This document shows positions 51,014-60,924 of a DNA stretch of 64,000 nucleotides, in pieces. Every line of letters begins with the position of its first letter. Within the stretch, counting starts at the first letter, position 1. Under the pieces are notes generated by a model. It saw nothing but the letters and a program-made list of their open reading frames with translations, did no database searches and was not told where the DNA came from. Source of the DNA: an uncultured bacterium (GTDB lineage Bacteria; Oederibacteriota; Oederibacteriia; Oederibacteriales; Oederibacteriaceae); contig OZ218778.1 of the NCBI GenBank assembly GCA_965112635.1, positions 736,001 to 800,000 on the forward strand. The letters are read 5' to 3'. A program made the translations under genes and the position numbers.

Positions 51014-52111
51014 TTAGAGGTTTAGGGTGAACCAAAAAACCGAGCCTTCGGCCAGCTTGCTCTCTACTCCGACCTGGCCGCCCAGGGATTCCACGGTGTG
51101 CTTGACGATGGAAAGCCCCAGTCCCGTGCCGCCTTTTTCGCGGGAGCGGTCCTGGTCCACGCGGTAAAAGCGCTCGAAGAGCCGGGGCAGGTCAGGGGCC
51201 GGGATGCCGATGCCGCTGTCACTCACGGAGATTTTGAGGGTTTGGCCCTGTATTTCCGAGGAAATCTCGACCCAGCCGTTCTCGACATTGTACTGGATGG
51301 CGTTGGTGACGAGGTTGGTCAGGATGTGGTGGAGATACCTTTTGTCCGTCTCGACCATGGCGAGGTCGGGGCTGAGCTTGGAGCGCAAGGAAACTTTTTT
51401 GTCCCTGGCCAAATGTTTCAGGCCGGCGAACACCTCGCTGACCACGGCCGGGAGCGAAACTTTTTCTTTGACGGGCTTGTTCTTTTCGGATTCCAGGGAG
51501 GAAAGGGTCAGGAGGTCCCCCACCAGGCTGGTCAGGCGGTCGCACTGCTTGACGATGGAGCTGAGGAATTCCAAACGGTGCTCCTTATCGTCCACGGCCC
51601 CGTCCAAAAGGGTCTCCGCGAAACCTTTGATGGAGGTCAGAGGCGTGCGCAGTTCGTGGGAGACATTGGCCACGAGCTCCTGGCGTATGTTTTCCAGCTG
51701 GCGCAGGCGCGTGGTCTCGTAGAGGACCAGGATCATGCCGGTCAGGCGGCCGTTTTCTTTGAGGGGGACGAACTGCGCGTCAAAGCTCCGCTCTTCGGGC
51801 GCGAAAAGTTTGACCTCTTCAAAGAGCGCGGCGGCCTGGGCCACGGCTTTTTGGCGCAGGGTCTCCAGCGGGGGATGGCGCAGGACTTCCAGCAGGGGTT
51901 TACCGCGGGCCGCTTCCCGGTCCAGCTGGAACAGCCGGCAAAAAGAGTTGTTCACATCCGTTATTTTCCCGGCGGGGTCCAGGATCGCCACGCCCTCGAA
52001 AAGGTTCTCTATGATCTTGGAGGTCCCCGGGTTCTTTTCCGTTTGCGGGGGGGGGGCCGCCGGCTCCAACTTAGGCGCGTTCCAGTTCCTCCACCAATTC
52101 AGGATAGGCAC
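51014..52111 (-). CDS. PAS-HisKA-HATPase histidine kinase, PhoR-like, no TM
   Basis: ANVSHELRTPLTSIKG, NLVTNAIQYN, DSGIGI, RFYRVD..RSR..GGTGLGL. Confidence 0.92.
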   Translation of the reverse strand: MPILNWWRNWNAPKLEPAAPPPQTEKNPGTSKIIENLFEGVAILDPAGKITDVNNSFCRLFQLDREAARGKPLLEVLRHPPLETLRQKAVAQAAALFEEVKLFAPEERSFDAQFVPLKENGRLTGMILVLYETTRLRQLENIRQELVANVSHELRTPLTSIKGFAETLLDGAVDDKEHRLEFLSSIVKQCDRLTSLVGDLLTLSSLESEKNKPVKEKVSLPAVVSEVFAGLKHLARDKKVSLRSKLSPDLAMVETDKRYLHHILTNLVTNAIQYNVENGWVEISSEIQGQTLKISVSDSGIGIPAPDLPRLFERFYRVDQDRSREKGGTGLGLSIVKHTVESLGGQVGVESKLAEGSVFWFTLNL

Positions 52112-52114
52112 GGC

Positions 52115-52816
52115 TCACTCTCCTTTGAAACGGTAGCCGCGGGATTTGACGGTGAGCAGATATTTTTTGGCGGGCCCGAGTTTTTTGCGCAGGCGCGCGA
52201 CGTGCTGGTCAACGGTGCGGGTGTCCATCTGAGCGCTTTTGTCCACGCCCCAGACCTGCTGCAACAGCTCCTCGCGGCTGAAGACTTTTTCCTGGCCGCC
52301 TACTAGGAAACGCAAAAGCTCGAACTCCTTGCTGGTCAGGTCACACATCTCTCCCCTGACCTTGACCTCAAAGCGGTCAAAAGAAATTTCCAAAAGGTCG
52401 TTCTTAAAAGAGGAAGAGGCAGGCACGGAGGGCTGGGTCCTCCTGAAAAGCGCTTTGACGCGGGCCAGGAGCTCCCGCAGGCTGAAAGGTTTGGTCACAT
52501 AGTCGTCGGCGCCGAGCTCCAGGCCCAGGACGCGGTCCACTTCTTCCTGTTTGGCGGTCAGCATCAGGATGAGGGTGCCGGACTCCTTGCGGATCATCCG
52601 GCAGACCTCCATGCCGTTGAGTTTGGGCATCATCAGGTCCAAAATGACCAGGTCGGGCCGGAAAGTTTGGAAAAGCGCAAACCCGGCCTCGCCGTCATAG
52701 GCCTTGGCGGTCAAATAGCCCTCTTTTTGCAGGTTATATTCCAAAACTTTGACCAGGTCCTGCTCGTCCTCGACGATCAATATTTTTTTAGGTTTATCGG
52801 CCATTATTTCACCCAT
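52115..52816 (-). CDS. OmpR/PhoB-family response regulator
   Basis: ILIVEDE, ILDLMMP, GADDYVTKPF, RTVDQHVARLRKKL. Confidence 0.95.
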   Translation of the reverse strand: MGEIMADKPKKILIVEDEQDLVKVLEYNLQKEGYLTAKAYDGEAGFALFQTFRPDLVILDLMMPKLNGMEVCRMIRKESGTLILMLTAKQEEVDRVLGLELGADDYVTKPFSLRELLARVKALFRRTQPSVPASSSFKNDLLEISFDRFEVKVRGEMCDLTSKEFELLRFLVGGQEKVFSREELLQQVWGVDKSAQMDTRTVDQHVARLRKKLGPAKKYLLTVKSRGYRFKGE

Positions 52817-52906
52817 TCCTTTTATCTAAGAAGGAAACAGTTAAAGCAATTCAGCGCGGTCATGGGGACAGGAACAAAGACCGGACCGCGAACCCTCTGA
52901 ATATTC

Positions 52907-53947
52907 CTAGGAGGGTTTTTTTATCCCGACAACATAACTCAAAGGTCTTTCCGTCAGGCTGCCTATTTCCCAGCCGGCCCGTTTGATCAAGTCCTTGATG
53001 TCCTCCAGGGAGCGGGGCATGATCCGCGCCGGGTTGAACTGGTTAAAAGCCGCTCCAGGGCCGTCCGCCCTGCAGAAGGTCAGCATAAAAAAAACATCCC
53101 CAGGGGTCATCACGGAGATGACCCTGAGGTTTTCTTTTATCTCCTGATCAGAGCCGTAATCCCCCAGGCCCCCTTCGGAAGAAAAGGCCACCACGGCGTT
53201 TTTCATCATTTTAGAATCCAGCGATGTCATCAAAAGTTCAGGATGGGCCCAGTCATAGTACCGGTAGACCATGTCCGCGTCCAAGCCCGCCAAAGGGCCT
53301 CTTGCTGAACTCAAAGCATCGAGGGCCTGTTTGCCGAAGGAAGGGCCGCTGAGTTCCCGGTCATAGACATAGAGCATGACCTTCCGGCCGGACAACAAAG
53401 CAGGGTCTTGTTTCTGCACCAGGATCAACGCGTTCAGGCTGTCGAAGCATGGACCGCCGGCCAGGTTGATCAGCAGGATAGGCTGGGAGGGCTTTGACCG
53501 CAATAAAGGGACCAGGCCCTGGGCCAGCGTCTCAGCCGCGTCTCTCAGCCTCAGCTGGATCAGGTACATGGAGATGGAGATGGAGGCGGCGAACTTGCGG
53601 TCCATTTTTCCGGCGTAGCCTTGTCCAAAATGGTCCGGCCCCAGTTTCATCAGGTAGGTGTTCATTCCGGACAGGAACGAACCCTGAGCTTCAACAAGGC
53701 CCTTCATCAGGACGGAATTTCGGGAAAGCAGCCACAGCATTGGCATTTTGAGAAAACCCGGCAGGCGGTTGTGCCGGGCCTGTTCTTCCACCATCTTTTT
53801 TAACTGGTTTTCTATTTCTTCTTTGCTTTTATTTTCCAGGGCAAAAGCGGGGTGAGTGATATTGATGATCGGAAGCTCCCACCCGTCGTCCGTGAAAGCA
53901 TACAAAACACCCGGTTTTTTATTTTTCTCCATTATCAATTTTTGCAT
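52907..53947 (-). CDS. Hypothetical protein (possible methyltransferase-like fold)
   Basis: Long ORF with RBS; LINLAGGP and SEGGL motifs weakly resemble a SAM-binding fold. Confidence 0.6.
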   Translation of the reverse strand: MQKLIMEKNKKPGVLYAFTDDGWELPIINITHPAFALENKSKEEIENQLKKMVEEQARHNRLPGFLKMPMLWLLSRNSVLMKGLVEAQGSFLSGMNTYLMKLGPDHFGQGYAGKMDRKFAASISISMYLIQLRLRDAAETLAQGLVPLLRSKPSQPILLINLAGGPCFDSLNALILVQKQDPALLSGRKVMLYVYDRELSGPSFGKQALDALSSARGPLAGLDADMVYRYYDWAHPELLMTSLDSKMMKNAVVAFSSEGGLGDYGSDQEIKENLRVISVMTPGDVFFMLTFCRADGPGAAFNQFNPARIMPRSLEDIKDLIKRAGWEIGSLTERPLSYVVGIKKPS

Positions 53948-53962
53948 GGTGTTTCTATCTCC

Positions 53963-54871
53963 CTAGGTCTTAACTCCTGTTTCAGGATTGGAGGGGACGG
54001 GATTAGATGGAGCGGAACCAGGCGATGCGGGATTGGGTGGCATGGGACAGGATGGCGCGGGATTGGAGAGTACGGGAGAGGCGAGGCGGTAAAAGGCGGC
54101 TTTGCGCTGGCCGACCTGGACGATGACGCTTTTTTTCTCCAAAACCTGCAGTTGGTACCAGATGGAGTTGTGCGGACGGTTGAGCGCTCGCATCAGGTCG
54201 CCCATCTTGACCTGTCCTTTTTCCGTGATGACCTGCAAAACCTGTTCGCCCAAACTCCCCTGGTATTTTTTGGGCTGCTGGAACTGGGTGACCGGGACAG
54301 TCTGGCCGGGTTTGGGGCCGGAGAAAAGCTCCCCAAAGCTTGCAGGGTTTTTCAGCACCTGCAGGACAGAGTCAAAAACCTGGGTGGCGGCAAGCTGTCC
54401 GGATTTTGGCTGGGTCAGCTGGCGGTAACCAGCCTGGAGAATGGCCAGGCCAAAGCAGTATTTGAGGGTATGGGCCATACCCGGAGCCAGACAGTAGCGG
54501 AACGAGGTGACATCGGCCAATATATGAAGGAAAAACCAAACTGCCAGCCAGAAAATAAGGGCTTTGGAGGAGGAAAGGTGCAAAACCCTTGTTATAAAAG
54601 TGGTATCCTGGGGTTGGGGCGTCAACCCCCCCAATTTAGGCCGAAAATACTCGGTTTTTACGATTATCAGGGTTAAAAACAGGATATAGGCATAACTATA
54701 GAAGGATAGGCCCAAAATTTCATCCACCAGGGGGGACAAGCCGCCTACCCAGGTATAAGCCAGGATGGTGACCAGGTTAAGAGCTCCAGCCAGCCATAGA
54801 AAGGTGGTCAGGTGGGTATCAGTCAGCAGTTTTTGGGTGAGACTAAGGCTTTTTAGCCCTAAATTTGGCAT
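53963..54871 (-). CDS. Membrane protein with C-terminal winged-HTH and Pro-rich tail
   Basis: About 4 TMs; QVLQVITEKGQVKMGDLMRALNRPHNSIWYQLQVLEKK...G wHTH pattern. Confidence 0.65.
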   Translation of the reverse strand: MPNLGLKSLSLTQKLLTDTHLTTFLWLAGALNLVTILAYTWVGGLSPLVDEILGLSFYSYAYILFLTLIIVKTEYFRPKLGGLTPQPQDTTFITRVLHLSSSKALIFWLAVWFFLHILADVTSFRYCLAPGMAHTLKYCFGLAILQAGYRQLTQPKSGQLAATQVFDSVLQVLKNPASFGELFSGPKPGQTVPVTQFQQPKKYQGSLGEQVLQVITEKGQVKMGDLMRALNRPHNSIWYQLQVLEKKSVIVQVGQRKAAFYRLASPVLSNPAPSCPMPPNPASPGSAPSNPVPSNPETGVKT

Positions 54872-55328
54872 CTAATTTTTACCCCAACTTATGCCCTTGT
54901 TAAATAATGGCAATATTTGGAGTATAGCACAAGGGTTTTTATACCTCAAGTCGCAGGAAGCATAATATTTTTTATACCCCATTAATAGATACAGTCCATG
55001 TCAAAAGGCTGTTTGGACACCCTCGCTTTTGAAAATAATCGCACTATTTTTGGCAAAAGCTCGGGAAGCCAGTAGAGGGGAAATAGGGATGACTATAAAG
55101 GGGTTTTGGGCAGAACATCTTACTATTTCCTCCCCTATTCCTCCAGACATAACAAACAAAAGAGAAGCAATCTTGTACTGTCATGCCCGAGATGACTTGC
55201 GGGGTACCAGTAATTTGGTCCTTGTTTTTACAGGAAAACCAAAAAATAGGGAAATAACCATTATTTTTTAGGGAAAAAGGGGAGAGAGCCTTGTCAAAGG
55301 GCGAGTTATATGGTATTTTTGCACAACT

Positions 55329-56666
55329 ATGCAGAACTTTTACCAGAAGATGGCTGACGGAACCATCAAGCAAATAAACCCTTTTACCGGGACCGAAGTC
55401 TGGTCCGTGCCGGGCAGGGCCAGCAAGCCCATCACCAACGCCATCCCGGCCACGGCCAAGCCCGTGACCAGCAAACCGGCGGCGGAGGAAGACTACTGCA
55501 ATTTCTGCCCCAAAAAATACCTCAACACCCCGCCCGAAAAAGCCAGGATGGTCAAGGACAAGGACGGCTACAAGGTCCTCAGGGGCGTGGCGGCCAACGA
55601 AATTTTCAACACCTGCGCGGAGTTCAGGCGGGTGCCCAACCTCTTTGAGATCGTGTCCTTTGACTACTGGCAGAAGAATTTCGGGTTCAAGATCCCGGAC
55701 GCGGAAAAAGAGAGGATGGAAAAATACCTGTCCACGAACGAGGGCAAGGCCCATGTGGACAAGGTCGTGACGCTCAAGATGAAAGCCGGCGGCAAGACGG
55801 ACGCGGAGATCGCCGCGATGAACCCGGCCGACAAACAGCACCTGACCGAGGCTTTTTTCGCGGGGTCGCACGAGCTCATCGTGGCGGGCCGGCACTATGT
55901 CGACGGCGCCACCCACGACTCCCAGCTGTGTTCCTCGGGCGAACTCACCCCGGAACAGCATTTCCAGTATTTCAAGTTCACCATTGAAGCGATGAAGGAC
56001 ATCTACGCCAAGAACCGCTACATCCGCTACATCAGCGTGTTCCAGAACTGGCTGGCCTCGGCCGGCGCGTCCTTTGACCATCTGCACAAACAGCTCGTGG
56101 GCGTGGACGATTGGGGCATCTCCATCGAAAAAGAGATCAACCTCTTGAGGGCCAACCCCAACATCTATAACGAGCTGGCGGTCAACTACGCGGGCTACCA
56201 CAACCTCATCGTGGCTGAGAACGAAAACGCCATTGCTTTCGCCGACATCGGGCACCGCTACCCGACCTTGTCCATCTTTTCCAAGAGCGAGCATGTGAGG
56301 CCGTGGGACCTCACCGACGAGGAGCTCAGGGGTTTCTCGGACATCGTGCACGCGTGCCACGCGGCCACCGGCAACGCCATCCCGTGCAACGAAGAGTGGT
56401 ACTACTCGCCCATCGACTGCCTGGACGGGATGCCCTGGCACATCCTGCTCAAGTGGCGCATCAATAACCCGGCGGGTTTTGAGGGCGGGACCAAGATCTA
56501 CATCAACGCGGTATCCCCGGAGGACCTGCGGGACAAGATCGTGCCCCGTTTGTTCGAGCTCAAGAACAACAAAAAGATCACGGCCTTTCCCATTGCTTTT
56601 GAGTGCCCGTCGCAGGCCAATCCCCTGCGGTACGTGAAGCACCTCACCAGGAATTTGCTAACCTAG
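55329..56666 (+). CDS. DUF4921 family protein (GalT/HIT-like)
   Basis: DGTIKQINPFTGTEVW, CNFC, FQNWL..AGASFDHLHKQ. Confidence 0.8.
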   Translation: MQNFYQKMADGTIKQINPFTGTEVWSVPGRASKPITNAIPATAKPVTSKPAAEEDYCNFCPKKYLNTPPEKARMVKDKDGYKVLRGVAANEIFNTCAEFRRVPNLFEIVSFDYWQKNFGFKIPDAEKERMEKYLSTNEGKAHVDKVVTLKMKAGGKTDAEIAAMNPADKQHLTEAFFAGSHELIVAGRHYVDGATHDSQLCSSGELTPEQHFQYFKFTIEAMKDIYAKNRYIRYISVFQNWLASAGASFDHLHKQLVGVDDWGISIEKEINLLRANPNIYNELAVNYAGYHNLIVAENENAIAFADIGHRYPTLSIFSKSEHVRPWDLTDEELRGFSDIVHACHAATGNAIPCNEEWYYSPIDCLDGMPWHILLKWRINNPAGFEGGTKIYINAVSPEDLRDKIVPRLFELKNNKKITAFPIAFECPSQANPLRYVKHLTRNLLT

Positions 56667-56794
56667 AACAGAAAAAGTCTCTGCCCCGCCTCGCGAACCT
56701 TTGCTAATCCTGCGTTTCCTAAAAAAAGTGAGCGTGCCCAAACAGTTTTTTTGCCATCCTCTCCTTCCCCATTGCCAAGGCGACAAAGTATTCC

Positions 56795-57550
56795 TTACAA
56801 GTTTTTAGGGTAATGGATGCGGACCAGGCAGAGGCCCTGGGCGGGGACATTGGGGCCGGCCAGAGAACGGTTTTTCCCCCTGATGATAGACGCGAGCTCA
56901 GAGGGTTTTAGCCTTCCCTTGCCGACATGGAGGAGCGTGCCCACGATGCTGCGGCACATTTTGTAGAGGAAATACTGGCTGGATAACCGGATATAAATCA
57001 AATTCCCCTTTTTACTTACCCTGACCCCATAGACCCGCATACGGGTTTTTTTTTGCTGGCTGCCGCTGGTCTGAAAACTGGCAAAATCCTTTTTACCACG
57101 CAAGTAAGAGGCTGCTTTTTGCATGGCTTTCACGTCCAGAGGCTCGTGCACGTGCAGGGCCGTGTGGCGCACAAGAGGCGCAGGCACGCGATGGTTCCAG
57201 AGGGTATACAAATACTCCTTGGACAGGGCGTCCTTGCGGGAAGAAAAAGAAGGGGGACAAGCGGACACTTTTTTGACGGTCAGGTCAGGCGGAAGCATGC
57301 AAAGGAAAGCCCGGTGGAACTCTTGCGCTGTCATGGAAGTGGAGAGGGAAAAATCAGCCACCTGGCCTAGGGCATGCACGCCTGAATCGGTCCGGCTGGC
57401 GCCATTAACCTTGACCTCCTGGCCTGTGATGGTTTTCAGAGTTTCTTCCAAAACGCCCTGCGCCGAACGCTTGCGGGGCTGTTTTTGCCAGCCGCAAAAA
57501 TGCGTGCCGTCATAGGCCACGGTCATCTTGAAAAAGCGCGTTTTGGGCAT
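56795..57550 (-). CDS. truA: tRNA pseudouridine(38-40) synthase
   Basis: YDGTHFCGWQKQ, ASRTDSGVHALGQ, PAQGLCL. Confidence 0.95.
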   Translation of the reverse strand: MPKTRFFKMTVAYDGTHFCGWQKQPRKRSAQGVLEETLKTITGQEVKVNGASRTDSGVHALGQVADFSLSTSMTAQEFHRAFLCMLPPDLTVKKVSACPPSFSSRKDALSKEYLYTLWNHRVPAPLVRHTALHVHEPLDVKAMQKAASYLRGKKDFASFQTSGSQQKKTRMRVYGVRVSKKGNLIYIRLSSQYFLYKMCRSIVGTLLHVGKGRLKPSELASIIRGKNRSLAGPNVPAQGLCLVRIHYPKNL

Positions 57551-57552
57551 GG

Positions 57553-58068
57553 TCAGCAGGCTTTTTTATGCTGGTGCCGGCGGGCGAAAGTCACATATTC
57601 CAAAGCGTTGGAGCGGATCTTGGCGATCTCTTCCTTGGTGAGCTGACGCAAAACCTTGGCCGGAGAGCCCACGACCAGGCTGCCTGCCGGGATGGTCTTT
57701 CCCTCGGTTACCAGGGCGCCGGCGGCGATGAGGCAGTTATCCTCTATAACCGAACGGTTGAGCAGGATGGCGCCCATGCCGATAAGGCAGTTGTTGCCCA
57801 CGCGTGTCCCGTGCAGGATGGCTTTGTGCCCCACGATGCAGTTAGCTCCGACCGCGCAGGGCGCGTCCGTATCCACGTGCAGGACGCAGCCGTCCTGGAT
57901 GTTGGAATTTTCTCCCACGGAAATGCTGTTCCAGTCGCCGCGCAGGACCGCGCAGGGCCAGATGCTGACATTGTCGGCCAGGCGCACCTCTCCAATGACC
58001 TGGGCCGAGTCGTGGATCCAGCAGGAAGGGGCGATGACGGGTTTTTTATCCTCGAAGGCGGAGATCAT
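57553..58068 (-). CDS. Gamma carbonic anhydrase family protein (start ATG 58068)
   Basis: VLRGD, SNIQDGCVLH, VGHKAILHG hexapeptide repeats. Confidence 0.92.
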   Translation of the reverse strand: MISAFEDKKPVIAPSCWIHDSAQVIGEVRLADNVSIWPCAVLRGDWNSISVGENSNIQDGCVLHVDTDAPCAVGANCIVGHKAILHGTRVGNNCLIGMGAILLNRSVIEDNCLIAAGALVTEGKTIPAGSLVVGSPAKVLRQLTKEEIAKIRSNALEYVTFARRHQHKKAC

Positions 58069-58075
58069 GGCCGGG

Positions 58076-59170
58076 CTAGGCCAAAAAACCCTGTTGGCGG
58101 CAAAGCTCCGCGACCAGGATGGCGCCTTTGGCGGCGCCCATCTTGGTGTTGTGGGAGAGCAGGATGTATTTGACGCCGTTTTTAAGGGCCGGGTCTTCGC
58201 GTAGGCGGCCCACCATCGTGGCCATGCCGTCGAACATCTCTCTGTCGAGGCGAGGCTGGGGATGGAACGGGTCGTCAAAGACCACGATCATCTGAGGAGG
58301 CGCGGAGGGCAGACCTTTTAACGACTGGCTGGCCCACAACCCCATCGCTTTTTTGACCTCGGCTAAGGGAGCTTTTTTGGACAGGGACACGAATACGGAC
58401 TCCGTGTGCCCGTCCACCACGCCCACGCGCGTGCAGGTCGTGGTGACCTTGAAATCTCCCGGGGCGATCTTGCCGCCCTTGAGCGTGCCCAGAATTTTTT
58501 GCGTTTCCCTCTGGACCTTTTCCTCTTCACCGGAGATGAACGGGATGACATTATCGATGACGTCGAGCGCCAAAACGCCGCCGCGGCGGCCCGCGCCGGA
58601 TATGGCCTGCATAGAGGTCATGATGACCGTTTCCAGGCCGAACTTTTCATGCAAAGGGGCGAGCGTGACGGCCATGCCGGTCGTCGTGCAGTTGGGGATG
58701 GCCAGGATGAAACCTTTCCAGCCCCTGTTTTTCATCTGCTGTCTGACCAGGGGAAGATGGCCGTTGTTGACGCCGGGGATCAAGAGAGGCTCGTCCTCTT
58801 CCATCCGGAAGGCGGAGGCCGTGCTCACGACCGGCGTTGTTTTGGCCCAGCGGGGCTCCAAATCCTTGGCCGCGTCCGACTCGATGGCCGAAAAGACCAG
58901 GTCCACACTGTCCGCCTGGAAATCCTGGGAATCCTCCACTTTCATCTTGAGGAGGTCCTGACCGGGCAGAGGCCCGGCCCACCAGCCCAACGCGTTATTT
59001 TTGGGATCGCGCAGAGCCTGCTCGTAGGTTTTTCCCGCGGAACGCTCGGAGCCCACCATTTTAGCGATCCTGAACCAGGGGTGGTCTCCTAAAGCAGCCA
59101 CGAACTGCTGCCCGGCGATGCCGGTAGCTCCAACGATAGCCACATTTCTCTTTTTATCCATTGCTGACAT
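58076..59170 (-). CDS. asd: Aspartate-semialdehyde dehydrogenase (archaeal/fungal-like subtype)
   Basis: GATGIAGQ, PNCTT, QAISGAG, DNVIPFISGEEEK, SHNTKMGAA. Confidence 0.93.
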   Translation of the reverse strand: MSAMDKKRNVAIVGATGIAGQQFVAALGDHPWFRIAKMVGSERSAGKTYEQALRDPKNNALGWWAGPLPGQDLLKMKVEDSQDFQADSVDLVFSAIESDAAKDLEPRWAKTTPVVSTASAFRMEEDEPLLIPGVNNGHLPLVRQQMKNRGWKGFILAIPNCTTTGMAVTLAPLHEKFGLETVIMTSMQAISGAGRRGGVLALDVIDNVIPFISGEEEKVQRETQKILGTLKGGKIAPGDFKVTTTCTRVGVVDGHTESVFVSLSKKAPLAEVKKAMGLWASQSLKGLPSAPPQMIVVFDDPFHPQPRLDREMFDGMATMVGRLREDPALKNGVKYILLSHNTKMGAAKGAILVAELCRQQGFLA

Positions 59171-59288
59171 TCTCCTTTCTCTTCAAATGCCCTGAAAAAC
59201 AATATGCTCACTTCGCGGGCTACGGGTTGTGACTACCCCCTTGGGGGTATGTACCCACAACGAGAGGCCGCGTGGTTCTCTCGCAGGG

Positions 59289-59747
59289 TTAATAGGTAGT
59301 GTACGACAGTCCCCTGGTGTCCATATAGCAGCTGTTCACATAGATGCGGCCGTATGAACTGTCATAGGCCCAGCCCGCGCCCGGAGCCGTGGGTATCGTG
59401 CCGGCAGAAATATAGACCATGGCGTTGCCGCGGGGGTTGGTACCGATGCTGCTGTGGGTCGCCGTGACCTGGGGCAAAACATCCAGATACGAGGACATGA
59501 GGTAACTGGTCCAGGAGTTGTTGTTCAAGGTCGTGGGCCAGACCCCTTCCCTGTCGCCGTAATAAATGGCCATGGCGCTCCGGATGGCGCCGCCGTTGGC
59601 TTTGGTCGTGGACTCGTTGGCTTTTTCGCACATGGCGTAGTATTTGGGGATGGCGATGGCGGCCAGGATGCCGATGATGCCGACTACGATCATCAGTTCG
59701 ATCAGCGTGAACCCCTTTTGTTCATATAAACTGCGGTTGCAAACCAT
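59289..59747 (-). CDS. Type IV pilin/pseudopilin-like protein
   Basis: [24 protein letters not shown] prepilin cleavage/methylation motif. Confidence 0.92.
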   Translation of the reverse strand: MVCNRSLYEQKGFTLIELMIVVGIIGILAAIAIPKYYAMCEKANESTTKANGGAIRSAMAIYYGDREGVWPTTLNNNSWTSYLMSSYLDVLPQVTATHSSIGTNPRGNAMVYISAGTIPTAPGAGWAYDSSYGRIYVNSCYMDTRGLSYTTY

Positions 59748-59818
59748 TTAAAACTCCATTTCCAAACCCCTAGGTTGCAGGGATTATATCATAATTGCAG
59801 GAGGGTAAAGGCCTTCCA

Positions 59819-60922
59819 TTACTTGGCTTTTTTGGGTGTGGCGGCCGGGGTGGACAGCGGTTTGGCGGCCGGTTTGGTCGGGGTCAAGGCCGGCGATGCT
59901 GGAGCGGCCTGGTCCGAGTCCACGGGACCGCATTTGATGATACGGCTGTTGCGGTTGTTGACCAGGTAGAGATAACCCTGGGAGTCGATGGCGACGCCGA
60001 TCATGCTGCCAAGACTTTCCTGGACGGGGTCCTTCCATTTGCAGAGCAGCTTGAGGTTCTTGTTGAAAACCCAGACCCCGCCGCTGACGTCCGTGACATA
60101 GAGGTTGCCTGTGGGGCCCAGGACGGCGCGCGAGAGTTCGCTGCCCAAGCCGGACGGGGTCGTCCAAAAAGCAGCGAGGCTTCCGGTATGGCCGTCGAAC
60201 TTTTGGACCCGTTTGCCCAGGTCCACCACAAAGAAGTTGCCGTCCGGGTCAAAGACTAGGCCCGTGGGAGAGTTGATCTGTCCTTTTTTCTTGCCGTAAA
60301 CGCCGAAGGCCTTGAGCGCGTTGCCCTTGGCGTCCAGCTTGACGAGCTGGGAGGTGCCGTAGTTGGCGGTCCAGAGGAAGCCGTCGTTGTCGTAAGTCAT
60401 GCCCTGGGTGCTGCTGAAATCGCCGCGGATCTTCCACAAGAGCCGGCCTTGGGGATCGAACATCGCAAGACCCGCCTGCTGGTTGTCCACGACCGCGATG
60501 TTGCCGGTCTTTTTATTAACGGTCAGGCCGTTGAGGAAAACGGGAGCACCCGTGTTCAGACAAGGGACCGGAAAGGCGCCGAGGAACTTGCCCTGGCCGT
60601 CGAATTTTTGGACCCGGCCGTTTCGGGCGTCGATGACCAGGAGACGGCCCTGGGGGTCGCAGACGATATCGCGGGCGTTGGTGAACTCTCCGGCCTTGGC
60701 GCCCTCGGAACCCCAGCCCAGGACATAAGGGGCGAACACTTCCACGGGTTTGGTGGACCTGGACCAGGTGCCGTTGGTCATGATGTGGATCTGGATACTG
60801 GCCACGACGAGGATGGCGAGGACGATGCCGATGCCGAGATGTTTGGGATAGCCCAAAACCTTGGTGCCGGAACTTTTTACGCTGCGGGACTTTTTGGGCG
60901 TCGCGGCTTTTTTACCGGGCAT
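59819..60922 (-). CDS. NHL-repeat beta-propeller protein, single TM
   Basis: GEFTNARDI..D..G..N.RVQKFD and GQINSPTGL repeats. Confidence 0.85.
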   Translation of the reverse strand: MPGKKAATPKKSRSVKSSGTKVLGYPKHLGIGIVLAILVVASIQIHIMTNGTWSRSTKPVEVFAPYVLGWGSEGAKAGEFTNARDIVCDPQGRLLVIDARNGRVQKFDGQGKFLGAFPVPCLNTGAPVFLNGLTVNKKTGNIAVVDNQQAGLAMFDPQGRLLWKIRGDFSSTQGMTYDNDGFLWTANYGTSQLVKLDAKGNALKAFGVYGKKKGQINSPTGLVFDPDGNFFVVDLGKRVQKFDGHTGSLAAFWTTPSGLGSELSRAVLGPTGNLYVTDVSGGVWVFNKNLKLLCKWKDPVQESLGSMIGVAIDSQGYLYLVNNRNSRIIKCGPVDSDQAAPASPALTPTKPAAKPLSTPAATPKKAK

Positions 60923-60924
60923 CT

